DNA of 30,914 nucleotides from a virus (Duplodnaviria; Heunggongvirae; Uroviricota; Caudoviricetes): IMG/VR virus record IMGVR_UViG_2537562231_000009, positions 1 to 30,914 of that record; one strand, 5' to 3'. Shown piece by piece: positions 25,166 to 30,914 of this stretch (position 1 is its first letter; each line of letters starts with the position of its first letter). The notes under the pieces were generated by a model. It saw only the letters and a program-made list of their open reading frames with translations, ran no database searches and was not told where the DNA came from. The position numbers and the translations under genes were made by a program.

Positions 25166-26823
25166 TACCTGTATGGAGCACAGCATGTCCGGACTGGGCA
25201 GAGCGCCTGAAAAAGGGGCTGTCGATTATTCCGGCTCCGATTTATCCGGACCAGGCTGCACATGCCCTGGCGATTTTTAAACAACTGCGGATTGTGGATG
25301 CACCTGGTAGCCCTACGTTCGGGGAGTCCTGTGCACCGTGGGTGTTTGACCTGGTGGCGGCCCTGTTTGGCTCCTACGATGCGCAGACCGGTGTACGCCA
25401 TATCAAGGAAGTTTTTATCCTTATCCCCAAGAAAAACAGTAAGTCCACGCTGGCCGCGGGGATCATGATGACGGCGCTGTTACTGAACTGGCGGCAGGCG
25501 GCGGGCTACACCATTCTGGCCCCGACCGTGGAGGTGGCGGCTAACGCCTTCAACCCTGCCCGGGATATGGTACGACGTGACGATGATCTGGATGACCTCT
25601 GCCAGGTACAGACCCATATCCGGACCATCACCCACCGAGTGACGGACACCACCCTGAAGGTGGTGGCAGCCGATCCGAATACGGTGTCCGGTATCAAGTC
25701 CGTGGGTACGCTGATTGATGAGTTGTGGCTGTTTGGCAAGCAGTGCAAGGCGGAGGACATGTTACGTGAAGCCATAGGCGGCCTTGCCTCCCGCCCGGAA
25801 GGGTTTGTGGTGTATACGACCACCCAGTCGAATGAACCGCCCGCCGGGGTGTTCAGACAGAAACTGCAGTACGCCCGGGATGTGCGCGACGGCAAAATTC
25901 ATGATCCGCACTTTCTGCCGGTGATATTTGAACACCCTCCTGAAATGGTGGAAAGCGGGGCTAACCTGCTGATGGAAAACCTCGCCATGGTCAATCCGAA
26001 TCTCGGCTATTCAGTGGATGAGGCCTTTCTGTACCGGGAGTACCGTAAAGCCCGGGAAGCCGGTGAAGAGACATTCCGGGGGTTCATGTCAAAACACGCC
26101 AATGTGGAAATTGGTCTTGCCCTGCGCTCTGACCGCTGGGCGGGGGCTGATTTCTGGGAAGAGCAGGGCCGTTGTATCAGCCTGGACGATATCCTGCGTC
26201 GTGCTGATGTGGTGACGGTGGGGATTGACGGCGGAGGGCTGGATGATCTGCTGGGGATGTATGTGATTGGGCGTGACCGGGAGACCCGCGAATGGCTGGG
26301 CTGGGGCCATGCCTGGGCGCATGAAACCGCGGTGGTCCGACGGAAGAGCGAGGCGTCCCGGTTTCAGGATCTTGTTGCCTGTGGAGATATGACCATTGTC
26401 CGGCGTGTCGGGGATGACACGGCGGAAGTGGCGGAATATGTGCGTCGCATTCATGAGGCTGAGTTACTGGACCATATCGGTATTGACCCGTCAGGGGTGG
26501 GGCAGATTCTGGATTCACTGGCGGAAGCCGGGATCCCCGACGGAATTGTGGTGGGGATAAGCCAGGGCTGGAAACTGGGCGGGGCCATTAAAACCACCGA
26601 GCGCAAACTGGCTGAAGGGGTGCTGGTGCATGGTGACCAGCCCCTGATGGCCTGGTGTGTCGGCAATGCCCGGGTGGAGCCTAAAGGTAACGCCATTCTT
26701 ATCACCAAACAGGCCAGTGGACGGGGAAAAATTGACCCGCTGATGGCGCTGTTCAATGCGGTCTCCCTGATGTCCCTTAACCCGGAACCGAAAAAGAAAG
26801 AATATGCGGTTTTTTTCATATAA
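25162..26823 (+). CDS. Terminase large subunit
   Basis: 553 aa; Walker A-like LIPKKNSKST; position after the small subunit. Confidence 0.9.
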   Translation: MIPVWSTACPDWAERLKKGLSIIPAPIYPDQAAHALAIFKQLRIVDAPGSPTFGESCAPWVFDLVAALFGSYDAQTGVRHIKEVFILIPKKNSKSTLAAGIMMTALLLNWRQAAGYTILAPTVEVAANAFNPARDMVRRDDDLDDLCQVQTHIRTITHRVTDTTLKVVAADPNTVSGIKSVGTLIDELWLFGKQCKAEDMLREAIGGLASRPEGFVVYTTTQSNEPPAGVFRQKLQYARDVRDGKIHDPHFLPVIFEHPPEMVESGANLLMENLAMVNPNLGYSVDEAFLYREYRKAREAGEETFRGFMSKHANVEIGLALRSDRWAGADFWEEQGRCISLDDILRRADVVTVGIDGGGLDDLLGMYVIGRDRETREWLGWGHAWAHETAVVRRKSEASRFQDLVACGDMTIVRRVGDDTAEVAEYVRRIHEAELLDHIGIDPSGVGQILDSLAEAGIPDGIVVGISQGWKLGGAIKTTERKLAEGVLVHGDQPLMAWCVGNARVEPKGNAILITKQASGRGKIDPLMALFNAVSLMSLNPEPKKKEYAVFFI

Positions 26824-26886
26824 CCCTGTTCACACTGTAACCATCACGAACCGCTCCGGCGGTTTTTTTATTTTCAGGAGGCTGAT

Positions 26887-28824
26887 GTGACTCTTAAACG
26901 GGCCTGTTCCCTGCTGACGGTGAAATCCTTCAGTGAGGATGAACGGGTGATCACCGGGATTGCGTCAACGCCTTCTCCGGATCGGGATGGTGACATCCTG
27001 GAGCCGGAGGGCGCGGAGTTTGGCAGTGCGATCCCGTTTCTCTGGCAGCATGACCATTCCCGCCCGGTGGGGCAGTGTACGGTGCGCCGGGTCAGCGAAG
27101 GGCTGGAAATCACGGCAACACTGGTGAAGCCCGTACCGGATATGCCGTCGCAACTGGCTGCCCGGCTGGATGAGGTCTGGGCGGCCATTAAGACCGGGCT
27201 GGTCAGGGGGCTGTCCGTGGGCTTCCGTCCCCATGAATACACCTTTCTGGACGGAGGCGGACTGCATTTTCTGCGCTGGGAACTGATGGAGGTGTCTGCC
27301 GTCACCGTGCCCGCGAATGCGGAATGCACCATCCGGACCATTAAATCTTACGACCGCCCGTTTTCTGCCGCGTCCGGCAACCGGAAACCGGTGGTGAAAA
27401 TCGCATCTTCTGCCGGCGCTGCGGCACAGTCAACAACCGTTTTTCATAAGGAAAAGACCATAATGAATATTGGCGAACAGATTAAAAGTTTTGAAAACAA
27501 GCGTGCAGCGCTGGCAGCCTCCCTTGAGGAGGTCATGACCAAAGCCGCAGAGGAAGGGCGCACGCTGGATGTGGAGGAGGAAGAGCATTACGACAACACC
27601 GCAGCGGAAATCCGTCAGGTGGATGCGCACCTGAAGCGCCTGCGTGAACTGGAAGCCGGTAAGGCCGCCACGGCGCAGCCGGTGAAACAGGCCGGTAACG
27701 GGAATGTGGCCGCGGTGGCTTCTGCGCCGGTGATCCGTGTGGAGCAGAAACTGGATAAGGGGATTGGCTTCGCCCGCTTTGCCAAATCGCTGGCTGCGGC
27801 TAAAGGCGTCCGATCTGAAGCCCTGGAAGTGGCCCGTCGTCAGTATCCGGATGACAGTCGTCTGCATCATGTCCTGAAATCGGCAGTGGGCGCGGGGACC
27901 ACCACGGATCCGCAGTGGGCAGGCAGCCTGTCTGAATATCAGGAATACGCACAGGACTTTATTGATTACCTGCGTCCGCAGACCATTATCGGGCGATTTG
28001 GTCAGGGCGGGATCCCTGCACTTCGTCAGGTGCCATTCAATATCCGTGTGCACGCCCAGGTGTCCGGCGGTGCTGCCGGCTGGGTGGGTGAGGGTAAGGC
28101 AAAACCCCTGACGAAGTTTGATTTTGAATCCATCACCTTCAGTCATGCGAAGGTGTCGGCCATTGCGGTACTGACGGAAGAATTGATCCGTTTTTCCAGT
28201 CCGGCTGCTGATGCACTGGTCCGTAATGCGCTGGCGGAAGCGGTGGTGGCGCGTCTGGATACAGACTTTGTGGACCCGAAAAAAGCCGCAGTGGCAGATG
28301 TCTCCCCGGCGTCCATCACCCATGATGTGAAGGGCACGGCATCAACCGGTAACCCGGATGCGGATGCAGAGGCTGCGTTTGGACAGTTTGTGGCAGCAAA
28401 CCTGCAGCCCACCGGTGCGGTCTGGCTGATGTCCAGCACCAATGCCCTGGCACTGTCCATGCGTAAAAATGCGCTGGGTCAGAAGGAATACCCGGACATG
28501 ACCCTGCTGGGTGGCTCCTTCCAGGGCCTGCCGGTGATTGTCTCCCAGTACGTGGGTGACCAGCTGGTGCTGGTGAATGCCCCGGATATTTATCTGGCGG
28601 ATGACGGCGGCGTGGCAGTGGATATGTCCCGCGAGGCATCACTGGAAATGCAGTCTGAGCCGACCGGCGACAGTACCACACCGTCCCCGGTGGAGCTGGT
28701 TTCCATGTTCCAGACAGGCAGCGTGGCCATCCGTGCGGAGCGCTGGATCAACTGGCGTCGTCGCCGTACTGCGGCGGTGGCGGTGATCACCGGAGTGAAC
28801 TACGGCAGTGCGTCCGGCGGCTGA
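26887..28824 (+). CDS. Fused prohead protease (HK97/S78-like), coiled-coil segment and HK97-fold major capsid protein
   Basis: N-terminal protease-like region (GIASTPSPDRDGDIL...VSAVTVPANAEC), central charged coiled coil, C-terminal capsid-like region; GTG start with AGGAGG Shine-Dalgarno. Confidence 0.7.
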   Translation: MTLKRACSLLTVKSFSEDERVITGIASTPSPDRDGDILEPEGAEFGSAIPFLWQHDHSRPVGQCTVRRVSEGLEITATLVKPVPDMPSQLAARLDEVWAAIKTGLVRGLSVGFRPHEYTFLDGGGLHFLRWELMEVSAVTVPANAECTIRTIKSYDRPFSAASGNRKPVVKIASSAGAAAQSTTVFHKEKTIMNIGEQIKSFENKRAALAASLEEVMTKAAEEGRTLDVEEEEHYDNTAAEIRQVDAHLKRLRELEAGKAATAQPVKQAGNGNVAAVASAPVIRVEQKLDKGIGFARFAKSLAAAKGVRSEALEVARRQYPDDSRLHHVLKSAVGAGTTTDPQWAGSLSEYQEYAQDFIDYLRPQTIIGRFGQGGIPALRQVPFNIRVHAQVSGGAAGWVGEGKAKPLTKFDFESITFSHAKVSAIAVLTEELIRFSSPAADALVRNALAEAVVARLDTDFVDPKKAAVADVSPASITHDVKGTASTGNPDADAEAAFGQFVAANLQPTGAVWLMSSTNALALSMRKNALGQKEYPDMTLLGGSFQGLPVIVSQYVGDQLVLVNAPDIYLADDGGVAVDMSREASLEMQSEPTGDSTTPSPVELVSMFQTGSVAIRAERWINWRRRRTAAVAVITGVNYGSASGG

Positions 28825-28868
28825 GTCTGATAAGGAGGACGGGAGGCGTGCGCCTCCCGTAACAGGTT

Positions 28869-29090
28869 ATGGCAAAGATCCGATATCTGCAGGGCACGCA
28901 TGATGCCCGGGCCGGGGATATCCGTGATGTGGCACAGCCGTGTGCGGAGGTGCTGGTTCGCCTGGGAAAGGCGGAGTACATCACGGTGCGACGTCCGGCA
29001 GGTCAGAAAAAGAAACGTGATGCGGAGCATGGCGAATGTGGAACCTTTTACGGCGAACCCGAAAAAACCAGAAATCAGGACGTGACGTAA
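28869..29090 (+). CDS. Possible small head-module protein, 73 aa
   Basis: Track ORF with no clear Shine-Dalgarno; overlaps the annotated portal start; uncertain. Confidence 0.3.
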   Translation: MAKIRYLQGTHDARAGDIRDVAQPCAEVLVRLGKAEYITVRRPAGQKKKRDAEHGECGTFYGEPEKTRNQDVT

Positions 29091-30400
29091 GAGAGGCGGG
29101 CTGGACCAGCCTGTTTCAGGCGGTGGCTGAGCCCTTTTCCGGCGCCTGGCAGCAGGGCGTGAAAGCCGATCCTGAAGCCGTCCTCTCCTTTCATGCGGTG
29201 TTTGCATGTATTTCGCTGATATCCCAGGATATCGCCAAAATGCGGCTGCGTCTTATGCAGACGGATGCGCATGGGATACGCAGGGAAACGCGGCAGGGGG
29301 ATATTGCCCGCCTCTGTCGTCGTCCCAACGCCCAGCAGAACCGCATCCAGTTTTTTGAACTGTGGCTGAACGCCAAACTGCGTCATGGCAATACGGTGGT
29401 GCTGAAAATCCGTAATGCCCGGGGGCAGATCAAAGAACTGCGTATTCTGGACTGGAGCCGGGTTGAACCTCTGGTGGCGGATGACGGCGAGGTGTTCTAC
29501 CGCATCACGCCGGACCGGAACTGCGGGATCACGGAGGCGGTGACGGTGCCTGCCCGGGAAGTGATCCACGACCGGTTTAACTGTTTTTTTCATCCGCTTA
29601 TAGGATTGCCGCCGGTGTATGCCGCCGGGCTGGCGGCCACGCAGGGGCATCATATTCAGGAAAATTCGACGTCTTTTTTCAGAAATGGCGGGCGACCATC
29701 AGGCGTGATTGAGGTCCCCGGCAGTATTACGGAAGAAAACGCGAAAAAACTGAAGGGGAACTGGGACAGCGGATATACGGGCGAAAATGCCGGGAAGACG
29801 GCCATACTGAGCAACGGGGCAAAATACAGCCCCACGACGTTTTCACCGGTGGATGCGCAGACGGTGGAACAACTGAAAATGACGGCTGAAATTGTCTGTT
29901 CGGTGTTCCGTGTCCCGGCCTACAAGATTGGCGTTGGCCACCCGCCTTCCAGTGACAACGTGGAGGCGCTGGAGCAGCAGTATTATTCCCAGTGTCTGCA
30001 GACGCTGATTGAGTCCATTGAGCTGTTACTGGATGAGGCGCTGGAAACAGGGGAAAACGAGAGCACGGAGTTTGACGTCACCACGCTGCTGAGAATGGAC
30101 AGCGAACGTCGCATGAAAACGCTGGGTGAATCGGTGAAAAATACGCTTCTCACGCCCAATGAGGCCCGTAAACGTGAGAACCTGCCGCCCCTTGCCGGCG
30201 GTGATGCACTGTATCTTCAGCAGCAGAACTACAGTCTGGAGGCGCTGTCCCGTCGTGATGCCCGTGAGGATCCGTTCGCGTCTTCCGGGAAAACGTCGTC
30301 AGGCACACGCCAGGAGGGCGCATCTGACGGTAATAAGGCCATAAGCGAAACAGAGCGTGATGCGGTGAAGGCGATGTTCAGGGGGATACTGAAAAAATGA
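29036..30400 (+). CDS. Portal protein (HK97 family); start uncertain
   Basis: Portal-like core (…GVIEVPGSITEENAKKLKGNWDSGYTGENAGKTAILSNGAKYSPTTFSPVDAQTVEQLKMTAEIVCSVFRVPAYKIG…). Confidence 0.65.
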   Translation: MWNLLRRTRKNQKSGRDVREAGWTSLFQAVAEPFSGAWQQGVKADPEAVLSFHAVFACISLISQDIAKMRLRLMQTDAHGIRRETRQGDIARLCRRPNAQQNRIQFFELWLNAKLRHGNTVVLKIRNARGQIKELRILDWSRVEPLVADDGEVFYRITPDRNCGITEAVTVPAREVIHDRFNCFFHPLIGLPPVYAAGLAATQGHHIQENSTSFFRNGGRPSGVIEVPGSITEENAKKLKGNWDSGYTGENAGKTAILSNGAKYSPTTFSPVDAQTVEQLKMTAEIVCSVFRVPAYKIGVGHPPSSDNVEALEQQYYSQCLQTLIESIELLLDEALETGENESTEFDVTTLLRMDSERRMKTLGESVKNTLLTPNEARKRENLPPLAGGDALYLQQQNYSLEALSRRDAREDPFASSGKTSSGTRQEGASDGNKAISETERDAVKAMFRGILKK

Positions 30401-30914
30401 CAGAGCGTGAACTGTCCATTATCCGTGCGCTGGGTGAAGAATTCTCCACGGTGCTGGCGGATTTACAGCGCACATTTGAGGGGAAGATGGCCTCGCAGGC
30501 ACAAGCGTTTGAAGAGAAACTGACTTCCCTGTCGGCGGTATTACAGAAGCATGTGACGGTGGATGAGGTGCGTCCGGTTCTGCAGGCGATGGTGGATGAC
30601 GCTGTGGGGGCCATTTCGGTACCGCGTGATGGTCGTGATTATGATCCGGATGTACTGCAGCAGGCGGTGAATGATGCGGTCGGGAAAATACCGGTACCGA
30701 CGGACGGCAAAAGTATCACCCCCGATGATGTGCGTCCGATGCTTGAACAGATGGTGAAGGAGGCGGTAAGCCATATCCCTGTTCCGCGTGACGGTCGTGA
30801 CTACGATCCGGAAGTACTGCAGAAGGCGGTGAATGATGCGGTCGCAAATATTCCACAGCCGGCGGACGGTAAAAGTCTCACCCCGGATGATGTGCGTCCG
30901 ATGCTTGAACAGAT
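30397..30914 (+). CDS. Repeat-containing protein, partial (3' end beyond window)
   Basis: ATG overlaps the portal stop (ATGA); frame open to the window edge; contains tandem ~162-bp (54-aa) repeats (VPRDGRDYDP...DVRPMLEQMV). Confidence 0.5.
   Translation, partial: MTERELSIIRALGEEFSTVLADLQRTFEGKMASQAQAFEEKLTSLSAVLQKHVTVDEVRPVLQAMVDDAVGAISVPRDGRDYDPDVLQQAVNDAVGKIPVPTDGKSITPDDVRPMLEQMVKEAVSHIPVPRDGRDYDPEVLQKAVNDAVANIPQPADGKSLTPDDVRPMLEQ

Larger units (their letters stand above)
1..30914. mobile_element. Lambdoid prophage segment (early-left genes through head genes); both ends lie outside the window
   Basis: Uninterrupted lambda-like gene order: N, cI, cro, cII, O with iterons, P, ren, ninB/E/G/H, Q, holin, endolysin, Rz/Rz1, terminase, capsid, portal. 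Confidence 0.9.

Noticed and set aside
24812-26819. Several minus-strand ORFs (24812..25186, 24907..25401, 25506..25895, 26089..26454, 26177..26518, 26451..26819)
   Set aside because: All lie antisense within the terminase small and large subunit genes, which have strong sequence support; treated as frame artefacts.
27430-28323. Minus-strand ORF of 297 aa, and others at 28143..28460, 28316..28681, 28800..29207
   Set aside because: Antisense to the GC-rich capsid and portal genes; no ribosome-binding sites and Arg/Pro/Gly-rich translations typical of antisense frames in high-GC coding DNA.

Overview
This 30.9 kb window is one continuous slice of a lambdoid prophage (E. coli-type, with P22/phage-21-like N, nut sites and lysis genes); no host flank, integrase or att site is visible. 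Layout: 1-2534 early-left small genes and N (minus strand); 2535-3030 PL/nutL region; 3031-5262 cI plus three co-oriented low-GC genes downstream of it (the rexAB-equivalent position); 5263-7959 OR, cro, cII, O with ori iterons, P, ren; 8045-12582 nin region (Lar-like, ninB, Dam-like methyltransferase, ninE, two antirepressor genes of which one is frameshifted, ninG, ninH, Q); 12583-18450 late-operon cargo (PR'-like promoter, hok-family toxin, a restriction-modification gene pair, a methyltransferase gene remnant, three tRNAs, a TerB-like gene); 18450-23062 nanS-p-type esterase, pinholin, SAR endolysin, an antirepressor-like insert, Rz/Rz1; 23679-30914 Arc-like gene, HNH endonuclease, terS, terL, a prohead protease-capsid fusion, portal, and a repeat-rich ORF running off the window. 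The two strongest candidates for something undescribed are (1) the restriction-modification pair, whose first gene begins with 34 perfect GACCAGC heptamer repeats, a likely phase-variation switch, and (2) the three-gene operon immediately downstream of cI. All identifications are from reading the translations and motifs by eye; no database search was run. Coordinates for ORFs of at least 60 aa come from the supplied track; hand-derived coordinates (small ORFs, tRNAs, hairpins, internal starts) may be off by 1-2 nt.
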